NCBI GenBank assembly: GCA_964617815.1
Contig: CAZTXY010000003.1
Coordinates: 473 to 64,472, forward strand
Length of the DNA stretch: 64,000 nt
Source of the DNA: an uncultured Candidatus Saccharibacteria bacterium
GTDB lineage: Bacteria > Patescibacteriota > Doudnabacteria > UBA920
Direction of reading: 5' to 3'
Part shown: positions 37,893-47,099 of the stretch, in pieces
How the letters are laid out: the number at the start of each line of letters is the position of its first letter
Numbering within the stretch: position 1 is the first letter of the stretch
Translations under genes and position numbers: made by a program
The notes under the pieces: generated by a model
The model's input: the letters and a program-made list of their open reading frames with translations, nothing else
Told to the model about the DNA's origin: nothing
Databases searched by the model: none

Positions 37893-39515
37893 ATGTTTAA
37901 GAGCTTATTCCAAAAATATAAATCAACAATACCTTATTGGGCAGTGGTTTTGGCCATTGTTTTGCCATGGTTTTTAGGGTCTGGGTATCTCTTTTTGACT
38001 GATTATGTCTGGGGTCCAGTGTTTCCGCTTCATTGGGGAGAGCCTGATTTTTTGTTTAATTTTACTTTCTCAATGTTTGGCTGGGTGATATCTTCGGCTT
38101 TTTTACAAAAATTGTGGCTGACAGCAGTTATCGCCTTATTACTTTTTGGCGGACGGTTTTTAGCCAAACAATTTTTAGACAAACCCCTCGTCATTTTTGG
38201 TGCTAGTTTGATATTTTTGTTTAACCCCTTTGTTTACGACAGGCTTCTTTATGGGCAAGTTTTTGTTGTGGCCAGCTTAGCCAGTTTGGTTTGGCTTACG
38301 GGTTACTCTGTGACTTGGTTAAAAACTTTATCGTATAAGTCTGCTAGTCAGATGGGTGTGTGGATTGCGCTTTGTGTTTTGTGGTCGCCACATTTTGTGT
38401 TTATAGTAGGATTATTTCTAGTAGCTTTATTTAGTGCGGTCATAGTAAGTCGTGGAGTTAGTAAAAAACTTTTCTACCAGATAGGTCTAATTATTTTTAT
38501 GACGTTGCTGTTAAACGCAAATTGGTTAGTAGCTACAACCCTTGGCCAGTCACGCGCCACTGAGTTTGCTCAAACTCAGATTGGCCGCCAAGATTTTGAA
38601 GCGTTCCGAACAGCTGGTAATAGCACAGGTCAGGTTATTAGAAATGTGCTCCAATTATCTGGATTTTGGGGGAAGGATCAGTACCGCTACGCTGATTTAG
38701 CTCAAAACAAGACCAATTGGGGAAGAAGCTTTATTTTATTAGCACCTTTGATCATTTTTGGTTTCCTTGGTTTGATTCGAACTAAGGAGACTCGAGTATT
38801 GGGATTGTTGTCTATGGTGGTAGTAGTTGTTGCGACGTTGTTGTCACTTGGGCTTGGTACGCCATTTTCAACTAAACTAACTTATTGGCTGTTTGAACAT
38901 ATTCCGTTTTATGGCGGTTTGCGTGATACTCAAAAATGGAGCGCGCTTCTCGTGGTTGTCTATGGACTATGGTTTGCCTTTGGACTGAAAGCTTGGCAAA
39001 AGCTTTCTGTGGTTAAGAATCAGTTTGTCGCTTTGCATATTATTCTGGCCATTTCAATTGTGCTTTGGGCTCCACTATTATTATGGGGTTTTTGGACGCA
39101 AGCAAAGCCTCACTCATACCCAGAGAGCTGGTACCAGGCAGATCGTCTTTTAGTGAGCAATGGCTGTAGCGGTCAGACTCTGTTTTTGCCTTGGCATTTG
39201 TACATGAGATTCTCGTTTACCGATAGTGTGGTGGCAAACCCAGCAAAGCGTTTTTTTAGATGTCCCACCCTTTGGGGCACCAATCAGGAATTTGGGGGGA
39301 TAGATGACAATAGTGGTGACCAAAAAAGCCAAGCAATTCGTGCTTGGTTGGCAGATCTTGGCCAAAAACCGCATATTTTAAAGGAATTAGACATTCAGAC
39401 TGTGGTTGTCGCCAAAGCCGGTGATTGGCCAAATTATTCCTGGGTCTCAAAGTTGCCGTATTTGATTAAGATGGAAGACAGCACTGAGCTGACTGTTTAT
39501 CAGGTTAAGCCATAA
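37893..39515 (+). CDS. Polytopic membrane protein, candidate GT-C-type glycosyltransferase
   Basis: About 14 TM helices and a soluble C-terminal domain. Cluster context. Confidence 0.5.
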   Translation: MFKSLFQKYKSTIPYWAVVLAIVLPWFLGSGYLFLTDYVWGPVFPLHWGEPDFLFNFTFSMFGWVISSAFLQKLWLTAVIALLLFGGRFLAKQFLDKPLVIFGASLIFLFNPFVYDRLLYGQVFVVASLASLVWLTGYSVTWLKTLSYKSASQMGVWIALCVLWSPHFVFIVGLFLVALFSAVIVSRGVSKKLFYQIGLIIFMTLLLNANWLVATTLGQSRATEFAQTQIGRQDFEAFRTAGNSTGQVIRNVLQLSGFWGKDQYRYADLAQNKTNWGRSFILLAPLIIFGFLGLIRTKETRVLGLLSMVVVVVATLLSLGLGTPFSTKLTYWLFEHIPFYGGLRDTQKWSALLVVVYGLWFAFGLKAWQKLSVVKNQFVALHIILAISIVLWAPLLLWGFWTQAKPHSYPESWYQADRLLVSNGCSGQTLFLPWHLYMRFSFTDSVVANPAKRFFRCPTLWGTNQEFGGIDDNSGDQKSQAIRAWLADLGQKPHILKELDIQTVVVAKAGDWPNYSWVSKLPYLIKMEDSTELTVYQVKP

Positions 39516-39520
39516 GTTTT

Positions 39521-40159
39521 ATGAATAAGACAAAACTAAAAATTATAGCTAGATTGACCGCAGACTACATAGCCTCTTACTTCGGTTATATTTTTGTGGT
39601 CTATATTGTTTGTATTTTTTTAGCAACTACAGTTCCATCGACCCGCGCATTTTTTTACTGGCCAGCATTTCATGTAACAGTTTTTATTTTTGGAATCATT
39701 ACAATTACCAGTCCGCGTTTTATCGCTCTACTTGGTCGCCCGCAGTTTATATTAGAGTCGCTTCGCAACTGGTATTTTGGGTTCGGATCTCAGCCTAAAT
39801 TAAAATTATTTTTGTTAGTGCTAACTCCAGTGCTATTAATGATTTTTCAAGTTTCTATTTCAATGTTGTTGTTTGGTTTTGCCAGCGCATTTATTTTACT
39901 GCGAACTTCCAAAGTGGTTTATCCACTCGCGCTGTCGCTGGCATGTTTTCTAGTTGGGCGCTTGCTTAGCATCTCAGGGCAGGCTCGAGCAGGGAGTTGG
40001 TCTGAGTTTGGGTATTACTTTTTGATTCTTTCTGCGCTTGTTAACTTACGACCTTTTCAGTCTAATATGACCTTTTTTCAGGGGTTATTTAAACGTCTTG
40101 GCAAAGGGGAAAACGTGGGGAAAAAAACATTTGACAAAGTTCAAAGTCCTGAGATATAG
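39521..40159 (+). CDS. Membrane protein, hypothetical
   Basis: Five or six TM helices. Directly downstream and co-oriented. Confidence 0.45.
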   Translation: MNKTKLKIIARLTADYIASYFGYIFVVYIVCIFLATTVPSTRAFFYWPAFHVTVFIFGIITITSPRFIALLGRPQFILESLRNWYFGFGSQPKLKLFLLVLTPVLLMIFQVSISMLLFGFASAFILLRTSKVVYPLALSLACFLVGRLLSISGQARAGSWSEFGYYFLILSALVNLRPFQSNMTFFQGLFKRLGKGENVGKKTFDKVQSPEI

Positions 40160-40310
40160 TTAAGTACTCAGCAGACGCAGGGACGAAGAAAAAGTTTGAG
40201 GAAAAAATTAGGATCAAATAAATAAACAACACACAGCTCGCTTAGAAAATAGCGAGCGTCGTCGTAACCTCAGCGTCAAATTTAAGAAGTAAGAATGAAA
40301 TCAAATAATT

Positions 40311-41177
40311 ATGAATAGCAGAATTCAGAAACTCAAAAATTATTTTAATCAGGAACAGAAAGTTGCAAAGACACTGTCTTCAGTAGTTTTAGTTTTTGCG
40401 TTTATGGCAGTTGTCATGCCAGCGCTTGCTGACTTTGTGTTGCAAGATGATAACTCATCCTGTGGTTATGGCTACGGCTACGGCTATGGCTATGGTTATG
40501 GGTATGGCTACGGTTACGGTTACGGCTGTGACGGTGGCGGTGGATCTTTGATTGTAGATCCTGGTGTAACTAAGACCGTTGACAACGGTACTCCTGCTCC
40601 AGGCGCAACAATTGTCTACACTATCACTGCACATAACTTTGGTAGCACAACAGTTAACGACGTGACTGCCACAGACAGTATCCCAGCTGGGATTACCTAC
40701 GTCAGTCATACACTCACTCAAGGTGTCTATAGTAATGTCACTAGCATCTGGAATGTGGGCACCCTTACCTCTGGTGGGGACGCGACTTTGACCATTACGG
40801 CTACCGTGGATGGTTCCACTGTTGGAACTGTAATAAACACAGTTACAATTACCGGTTCTATCCCAGTTGACCCAAATAGTGCCAATAATACAGCATCTGC
40901 CAATATTGTAGTGACTACATCTGGCGGCGGTGGTGGCGGAAATACAGGCGGCGGCGGTGGTAGTACTGGTGGTGGCGGTGGTAGTACTGGTGGAGGTAGC
41001 AATGACGGAAGTGTTTTGGGAGATAGTACAGGGCCAACTGTAACCCCTCCAACTGGCCGAGTCCTCGGAGACAGCACTTTACCACGAACAGGCTTAGCAG
41101 TAACTTTAGTTCTTACCCTAGTTGCAGTTTCATCTTTAGCCTTTGTTTCTAGAGGTAAAGCAGTTAAAGCAGAGTAG
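40311..41177 (+). CDS. LPXTG-anchored surface protein with a (GY)10 repeat, a DUF11-like repeat domain and a poly-Gly linker
   Basis: Signal/TM N-terminus, YGYGYGYGYGYGYGYGYGYG, the DUF11-like block TVDNGTPAPGATIVYTITAHNFG...VTATDSIPAGITYVSHT, then LPRTG followed by a hydrophobic stretch and an RGK tail. Confidence 0.7.
   Translation: MNSRIQKLKNYFNQEQKVAKTLSSVVLVFAFMAVVMPALADFVLQDDNSSCGYGYGYGYGYGYGYGYGYGYGCDGGGGSLIVDPGVTKTVDNGTPAPGATIVYTITAHNFGSTTVNDVTATDSIPAGITYVSHTLTQGVYSNVTSIWNVGTLTSGGDATLTITATVDGSTVGTVINTVTITGSIPVDPNSANNTASANIVVTTSGGGGGGNTGGGGGSTGGGGGSTGGGSNDGSVLGDSTGPTVTPPTGRVLGDSTLPRTGLAVTLVLTLVAVSSLAFVSRGKAVKAE
40464..40526 (+). repeat. Hexanucleotide microsatellite (GGYTAY) repeated about 10 times, encoding the GY repeat
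   Basis: ggttatggctacggctacggctatggctatggttatgggtatggctacggttacggttacggc. Confidence 0.7.
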
Positions 41178-41239
41178 TTAAAAGTTTTTCGTTCAGACAC
41201 CAACATTCAATTTATCAATCTAGGCAAATTCACAAACAT

Positions 41240-41560
41240 ATGACTGGTCCATCTCTGGCAGAAAAAATGGCCCATTGCCCTGGCTGTCAAAAGCCAGTCC
41301 TCAATGCAGGACAATTCTGGTCCCATGCAGAATTCTCGATACGATGTCCATGGTGTCAGTCTAATATCCAAATTACTATAGAGCCTAAAATTACCGTAAA
41401 GTCCTTAAAACCTGAAGAGAAGACGGATGATGGAAATACTCAGAATATCCAAAGTATGCAAGTCCCACCTGAAGGGGGCCTAAAAATAATCGGTTACATT
41501 TATCCAGAAAGTCAAAAGACAAAAGACGGCCAAGCTGGCCAGAATAATCAGCAGTCCTAA
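41240..41560 (+). CDS. Small zinc-ribbon protein, hypothetical
   Basis: CPGC...CPWC pair. 106 aa. Confidence 0.35.
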   Translation: MTGPSLAEKMAHCPGCQKPVLNAGQFWSHAEFSIRCPWCQSNIQITIEPKITVKSLKPEEKTDDGNTQNIQSMQVPPEGGLKIIGYIYPESQKTKDGQAGQNNQQS

Positions 41561-41797
41561 CAGAGTTTAACAATTTATTGAGCGGACTACGTGCGCCGCG
41601 GGACTACGAGAGCCCATCTAAGAACCTCACTACTCAAGTGTGTATTTTACACATTTGTAAGTGGGAAGCTTGGATGGGCTCTTTATTTACTCCTTCACCA
41701 CAGCGATATGTATAGCGCTCTGGTGTGAGGGTGGAAGAGCACCGTAAAGGTCGATATAGTGTGTAATTAGTGGTCTGAAAATTATTTCAGCCACTGC

Positions 41798-42400
41798 TTG
41801 AGGAGTGACATGAAAAGATTATTTGCAGGATTAGCCATGCTGACGCTGGCCGCAGCTGCCTTACCGGCTTCTGCAGACCTGTCCGCGAGCGATAATTCTA
41901 TGGTTAACTACACAACTAACTTTCTTGTTGGTTTGTATCTAAATCATAGCAATAACGCAAATATCCGCAATACTATCAATACTCGCAGTCGTACTGGCGG
42001 CAATGCTATTATTGCCGATGATACAATTGAACGTTCTGGAATTGTAACAGGGGATGCTGACGCTTTAACTGACGTTGGTAACCGTGCTAATTCTACGGAT
42101 GTGACAGCTGGTATTGACGTTACATTGCCAGCTACGCCTGACGCTTCCGCCACGGATTCTTCTGACTTAACGTTAGAACAAGACGAGACGCTTGAAGTCG
42201 TTAGTAACACAACTGACAATGCTGACGTTGAAAACTTGCTCGATACATCTGCTGACAGTGGCAATAATATGCTTTCTGCAGGAGACGAAGTAGCTGATAG
42301 TTGGATTTTCAGTGGCTCCGGGCGTGCATACAGTGTGGTCAATAATGTTCTCAATTCGGTGCGCGAGAATATTTCAATCACACGCAGGCTAGCCCCATAA
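41798..42400 (+). CDS. Secreted Thr/Ser/Asn/Asp-rich protein, paralog A (shares a module with the 1272-aa surface protein)
   Basis: Signal peptide MKRLFAGLAMLTLAAAALPASA. Motifs NADVENLLDTSADSGNNMLSAGDEVADS. Confidence 0.6.
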   Translation: MRSDMKRLFAGLAMLTLAAAALPASADLSASDNSMVNYTTNFLVGLYLNHSNNANIRNTINTRSRTGGNAIIADDTIERSGIVTGDADALTDVGNRANSTDVTAGIDVTLPATPDASATDSSDLTLEQDETLEVVSNTTDNADVENLLDTSADSGNNMLSAGDEVADSWIFSGSGRAYSVVNNVLNSVRENISITRRLAP

Positions 42401-42475
42401 ATATCAACTACATTTGTAGTAAAAATTAATATGTTGTGTCCGCAATAAAAGCGGGCACACACAAGGACTTATTGT

Positions 42476-43075
42476 ATGAAAAAAATTATTGCAGGCGCAG
42501 GTTTGGTTGCTATGTTGGCAGTCACCGGTGGCGTAGCTTCTGCTTCCACCTTTACTGCAGACGACAGTTCTAACTTGTCTTTGACAAACAGCATGAAGAG
42601 CATTCGCGCTATCTTAAACCACACTCAAGTTTTGACTGTTGGTGGTGCAAACATTGCTACTTCTAACACTGGTAACTTTGCTATTTCTGCTGGCGATGAA
42701 GTCAATGGTTCTACCGTTGGTACTGGCCAAGCTGAAGCTGTTACTGGAAGCGACACTCTAGGTAACGACTCCGATACTGGCGTCAACATTGATGCTACTA
42801 TGGACGACAACCACGCTTTCTACGTCAACGATAGCTCTACTTTGACAGAAAACAACAACGATGAAGAAATCGAAGCTGTTGATAACAACACTCAAGTAAG
42901 CACTTTGCTTGATAGCTCTGCTTCCACTGCTAACAGCGGTAACGTTGCAGTAGCTGCTGGCGACGAAGTCAATGACTTCACTGGTACATCTGCTGGCTCC
43001 ATTGCTGGTAGCGTAACCACTCGCACAGTTGACATGGTTATGTCTCGTTTGAACATGATCCGCCGCTCTAACTAG
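42476..43075 (+). CDS. Secreted Thr/Ser/Asn/Asp-rich protein, paralog B
   Basis: Signal peptide MKKIIAGAGLVAMLAVTGGVASA. LLDSSASTANSGNVAVAAGDEVND is homologous to the paralog A motif. Confidence 0.6.
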   Translation: MKKIIAGAGLVAMLAVTGGVASASTFTADDSSNLSLTNSMKSIRAILNHTQVLTVGGANIATSNTGNFAISAGDEVNGSTVGTGQAEAVTGSDTLGNDSDTGVNIDATMDDNHAFYVNDSSTLTENNNDEEIEAVDNNTQVSTLLDSSASTANSGNVAVAAGDEVNDFTGTSAGSIAGSVTTRTVDMVMSRLNMIRRSN

Positions 43076-43223
43076 TTTTAGGGTTCGGATTATTTTTTTG
43101 GGAGGGCCCCAAAAGGGTCCTCCCAAAATAAGCTTTAATCATTATGGTAGACAGGGGCTTGGCGTGCTTCTGGAGAGACTATGGCACAAAGCCTTTGCCT
43201 ATCAATCAATTAGATAAACAATT

Positions 43224-46200
43224 ATGAAATTTTTAAATATTACAGTAATTAGAAAATATAGTGATAAGTTTTCCGGCAACCGCTTCGGGCATGCTTGGAG
43301 TTTATTGTTATTTGTCGGCTGGCTAGCAATGAAGGAAATCCGTAGTTTTTATGGGAAAGTAATTTTAAGCCAACGGGCAGTTAAGCCACTTGCTTTTAAT
43401 CAGTCTTGGCACCAAAAACTTTCTCAGACTGCTCTTTCAGTAGTTCTAGAACGACACCAAGGTTTCAATAATTCTAAAATAGAAACAGTCAAACATGCCA
43501 CTAAAACCGTTAGCCTTGATGGGCTGTTTCAGACATGGTCCTCTGCTAGATTGTCTGTTCCTCTATTTTTTCAAAAATCTTTTGCAATTTTAGCAATTGC
43601 CTTTTTAGTCTTGCCTTTGGCACGTCCTGCCTTGGCTGATGAAGTAACTCCGCCACCGATTGAGACACCCTCTAATGTAGAAACAGAGCCAATTTTAAAC
43701 CAAGGTACAGTACTTGATGTTCAAGAGGGTGTAACCGTATCATCTGACTCATTACCTGAAAGCGAAGATGGCGCTGGCACGGCTCTTATTGACGGTGAGC
43801 TGCCAGAAAACTTACAGGAACATTTAAATCCTGATCAGAATACCGAAGAAGGAACTACAGATCCAGAAGTGGCTGACCCAGCTCCAGCGATAATTTTTGA
43901 AGATACAACAACAGGAAATAATGCTTTGTGTGAGTCTAATTTAGACTCTCCAATTGTTCAAACTGAGCCAGCAACTCCAGAAGGTGACCCGAATGTTGCT
44001 TTGGAAAATTCTGACCCTCAGCTTACCGACTTAGAAGTGGTAGCAGAAGATCCAGATGAAGTAACTGCTGTTCCCGCAGAGGCGGCTGGATGTAACGGGC
44101 AGGGTGGTCGGGCTGTAGTGGTTGCAGACGACGATTCAGAAGTAAATGTAGACCAAACAGTAACTCAAGAAGTCTCTATTATAAATACAAATGATGTCGA
44201 GCTTGTTAACGACCTTGACTCAGAAGCAGTTAGTGGACAGAACTTAGTTTTAACAGAAGCCGACGGTCAAGATGTCACAGTTTCTACCGGTGATGTTAAT
44301 GTCGTTGCTAATGTTTTTAATGTAGAGAATAATAACCTGACAAATTCGGAAATCGTTGAATTAACTGAGACCTTTAATAATCTTAGTAACGACGTAATTA
44401 TGAATCAACCAGAAAAGTCTCAAGCGCAAAAGGCGCAAGACTTAGTCTCTGGAATTTGTAGTGAGTCAGCACAGGTTAGTGATAGTTCAGAAGCCAATAT
44501 CGACTGTAAAAGTTTTTCTACTTTTAGTCTGACAAATAAAAATACTGCAGACATTGAAAACAATGTTGATGCTACGGGTGTTTCGGGGCAGAATATTATT
44601 GAAGGAGTTGAAGAAAATGCCAATATTATTACTGGCGACGTTAATGTTATTGTAAACATTCTTAACATTGTTAACATTAACCTTTATAACTCCACCTTAA
44701 CTATTGCTAATACAAATATTTTTGGTAATTTTACAGGTGACGTAGTTTTGCCGTCCGAGTTATACTTTACTAATTTCATGTCGGTGGGAGCAGCGGATAA
44801 TTCTAACGCCTCTCTGGACAGCGTTAAAAAAGTAGTTATCGATATTAGTAACGACAACGAAGCTGATATTGAAAACAACGTCACAATTAATGGAGTTACT
44901 GGTGACAACGCGCTTATCGGTACTGGAACCCCGGCTGGCACAGAAGGTGACGTAGACGACAGCGAAATTTCCAGTGGCGACGCACAAAGTGGTGCTAGCG
45001 TTCAAACTTTAGCCAACACCAACATTATCAACGGAAAATGGTACATTGGTATGGTTAATGCGCTTGGTTCTTGGAGTGGAGATGTCTACTCTTTGCCAAA
45101 CGAAGTCGCCATGATTCCTACAACCACAGGATATTCCTTCTTTGCCTCAACTGCCGAGAATGCTGACGGAACTTATGAATTATTAGATGACGCTATTTTA
45201 AACGCTTCCAGCACAGAAGAAACAGAAGTTACTATTAGCAATGAAAATGACGCTAAGATTGTTAACAACGTTAACATTGACGCTATTAGTGGTGAAAATG
45301 GAATTATCAACGAAGAAGTTGAAGACTCTAGCGTGCGAACCGGAAATACTTTAACTTTGGCTAGTATTTTAAACATTGTAAACTTAAACTTAATTAATGC
45401 AGATGTCTTTATTGGAGTAGTAAATGTTCTTGGAACTTGGGATGGAAATGTCGTCTTTGGTTACCCAGACTTAGCAGTTTCGCAGAGCATGTCAGGAAAC
45501 GTTCCTCAAAAAGCTCAAGACTCTGCTCGTTACACGGTAGATTATGCCAACACCGGAGACGGTTCTATGGCCGATACTTGGGTTGAATGGCACTTTGCTC
45601 CAAATGTATTTGATTTTGATGCTGTGTTTGGGCCAAATAATACAAACCCACAGTATTTGTTGGCTCGCCCAGGAATTTTGAAAGTTAATCTTGGTCGTTT
45701 ACTTCCAGGGGCTGTTGGTAGCTTCGATATTGGTCTTCGCGCTAATCAAAACTTGCAAGGTGGAGCTACTATTGGTAACTACGCTCGCATTTATGGTGAT
45801 GGCCCAGAAAAGAACAAGACTAATAATGAGTTTCTTTTACAAACTGTAGTTCCAACCTCCCAAGTAAACTCTGGGACTGGCGCTGGAAACCAAAACAACA
45901 CAGGAACAGACAATAACACTGGAAATTCAGGTAATCAGAATAATCAGGACAATAACTCAGGCCAAAATAATACTGGTAATCAAAACAATACTGGTACAGA
46001 TAACAATTCTGGCGATCAAAATAATAACAATCAGAATAATCAGGACTCAGACAACACTCAGAACGATCAAAATGACGAGAATGCTGATACTGAAAACCAG
46101 AACGAACAAAATCAAAACACTGAAAATGATGAAAATGGTCCGCTACCACCAGGAGCAGAAATCTTTGACGCCGGATCACTTCAGATTTCGAAGAGCAATA

Positions 46201-47042
46201 ACTCTAGTGGAAGAACTCTTGCTCGAGGCGAGTCAGTAACCTTTACTATCATTGTAAAAAATACTACTAGCCAGCCAATTTTTAACACAGTTATTTTTGA
46301 CACCTTATATTCACCAAGTACTTCAGAAACAGATACTGTACCAATCCCACTAGATACAGTTAAAGCCGGTGAAGAAGTCGAACTATCTTATGACCTCACA
46401 ATCGGAGCGCAGAGCGCCTTTGGAGTCTATACCAACTCAGCTTATGTTGAAGGTATGGATTGGGGTCTCCGTCCAGTTCGTTCTTTAAGTGCCACTAGCA
46501 GCTTTACAGTTGGGACTGCAGTACTTCCCCAAAATGACAATGTAAAGCCAGACCAGATTGAGGAAGAACCTGTTACAGAAGAAGAAGTTGTTGTAGTTAA
46601 AGAAGAAACTCTCAGAGAAAAAGTTGCTCGCCGAGCGCAAGAATTGAGAGACACTCAATCTCAATTATTGGGAGCTATACTTGGGCAAACAGATAGTAAT
46701 GAGCAGCCACCAATTGGTCGTGGTCCAGTATCTTTTGCAAAAAGCTCTAGTACAGGCTCAGCTTTAAACCAGACTCCTGAATTATTGGCACAGACTGGTA
46801 AAATTGGGTCCGCGGCTTTCACAGATCTTTATTCGGAATATTTAGCCAAGTCAGCAGCATTAGACAAGCCTGTTGTTAGAGCTGCAAGTGGCTGGAAGAG
46901 CTTCTTTAACCTAGACATGCTTCTAATTGCATTCTTATTCTCAATTGGTTATGCTGTATCTTCTTTCCGCGAAAAACGAAAAAAGCAGTTGGGTAAAGCA
47001 CCAAGCTTAAAACCCGCTCATCGTTTTACAAGCTTCCTGTAA
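43224..47042 (+). CDS. Giant surface protein (1272 aa ORF) with four copies of an Asn-rich module, an N/Q/T/D low-complexity linker, a DUF11-like domain and a C-terminal TM anchor
   Basis: An internal signal-peptide-like segment (SFAILAIAFLVLPLARPALA-DEV) suggests the true start is downstream of 43224, possibly TTG near 43550. The module ADIENNV..TGVSGQNII...TGDVNV..NILNIVNINL occurs four times. The C-terminus has LAQTG, a hydrophobic helix and REKRKK. Confidence 0.65.
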   Translation: MKFLNITVIRKYSDKFSGNRFGHAWSLLLFVGWLAMKEIRSFYGKVILSQRAVKPLAFNQSWHQKLSQTALSVVLERHQGFNNSKIETVKHATKTVSLDGLFQTWSSARLSVPLFFQKSFAILAIAFLVLPLARPALADEVTPPPIETPSNVETEPILNQGTVLDVQEGVTVSSDSLPESEDGAGTALIDGELPENLQEHLNPDQNTEEGTTDPEVADPAPAIIFEDTTTGNNALCESNLDSPIVQTEPATPEGDPNVALENSDPQLTDLEVVAEDPDEVTAVPAEAAGCNGQGGRAVVVADDDSEVNVDQTVTQEVSIINTNDVELVNDLDSEAVSGQNLVLTEADGQDVTVSTGDVNVVANVFNVENNNLTNSEIVELTETFNNLSNDVIMNQPEKSQAQKAQDLVSGICSESAQVSDSSEANIDCKSFSTFSLTNKNTADIENNVDATGVSGQNIIEGVEENANIITGDVNVIVNILNIVNINLYNSTLTIANTNIFGNFTGDVVLPSELYFTNFMSVGAADNSNASLDSVKKVVIDISNDNEADIENNVTINGVTGDNALIGTGTPAGTEGDVDDSEISSGDAQSGASVQTLANTNIINGKWYIGMVNALGSWSGDVYSLPNEVAMIPTTTGYSFFASTAENADGTYELLDDAILNASSTEETEVTISNENDAKIVNNVNIDAISGENGIINEEVEDSSVRTGNTLTLASILNIVNLNLINADVFIGVVNVLGTWDGNVVFGYPDLAVSQSMSGNVPQKAQDSARYTVDYANTGDGSMADTWVEWHFAPNVFDFDAVFGPNNTNPQYLLARPGILKVNLGRLLPGAVGSFDIGLRANQNLQGGATIGNYARIYGDGPEKNKTNNEFLLQTVVPTSQVNSGTGAGNQNNTGTDNNTGNSGNQNNQDNNSGQNNTGNQNNTGTDNNSGDQNNNNQNNQDSDNTQNDQNDENADTENQNEQNQNTENDENGPLPPGAEIFDAGSLQISKSNNSSGRTLARGESVTFTIIVKNTTSQPIFNTVIFDTLYSPSTSETDTVPIPLDTVKAGEEVELSYDLTIGAQSAFGVYTNSAYVEGMDWGLRPVRSLSATSSFTVGTAVLPQNDNVKPDQIEEEPVTEEEVVVVKEETLREKVARRAQELRDTQSQLLGAILGQTDSNEQPPIGRGPVSFAKSSSTGSALNQTPELLAQTGKIGSAAFTDLYSEYLAKSAALDKPVVRAASGWKSFFNLDMLLIAFLFSIGYAVSSFREKRKKQLGKAPSLKPAHRFTSFL

Positions 47043-47055
47043 ATAAAATTTAAAA

Positions 47056-47088
47056 ATCTCCCCAGTGTATTCTGGGGAGATTTTTGTT
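47056..47088 (+). terminator. Intrinsic terminator (atctcccca gtgtattc tggggagat then ttttgtt)
   Basis: 9-bp stem followed by a T-tract. Confidence 0.6.
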
Positions 47089-47099
47089 ATACTAGCGCT

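Noticed and set aside
40464-40526. Possible CRISPR array or other spacer-repeat structure
   Set aside because: Short direct repeats here and at the heptad arrays are contiguous microsatellite-like units with no unique spacers. No CRISPR array or cas genes are present in the window.
40455-41206. Minus-strand ORFs (88 and 159 aa) inside the LPXTG gene
   Set aside because: They are antisense translation of the GY and poly-Gly repeat region (proline/valine-rich low complexity), not genes.
43095-43131. GC-rich hairpin (gggagggcc ccaaaag ggtcctccc) after paralog B, as an intrinsic terminator
   Set aside because: The T-run precedes the stem and an A-run follows it on both strands, which is the wrong orientation for a rho-independent terminator on either strand. 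It is recorded only as a hairpin.
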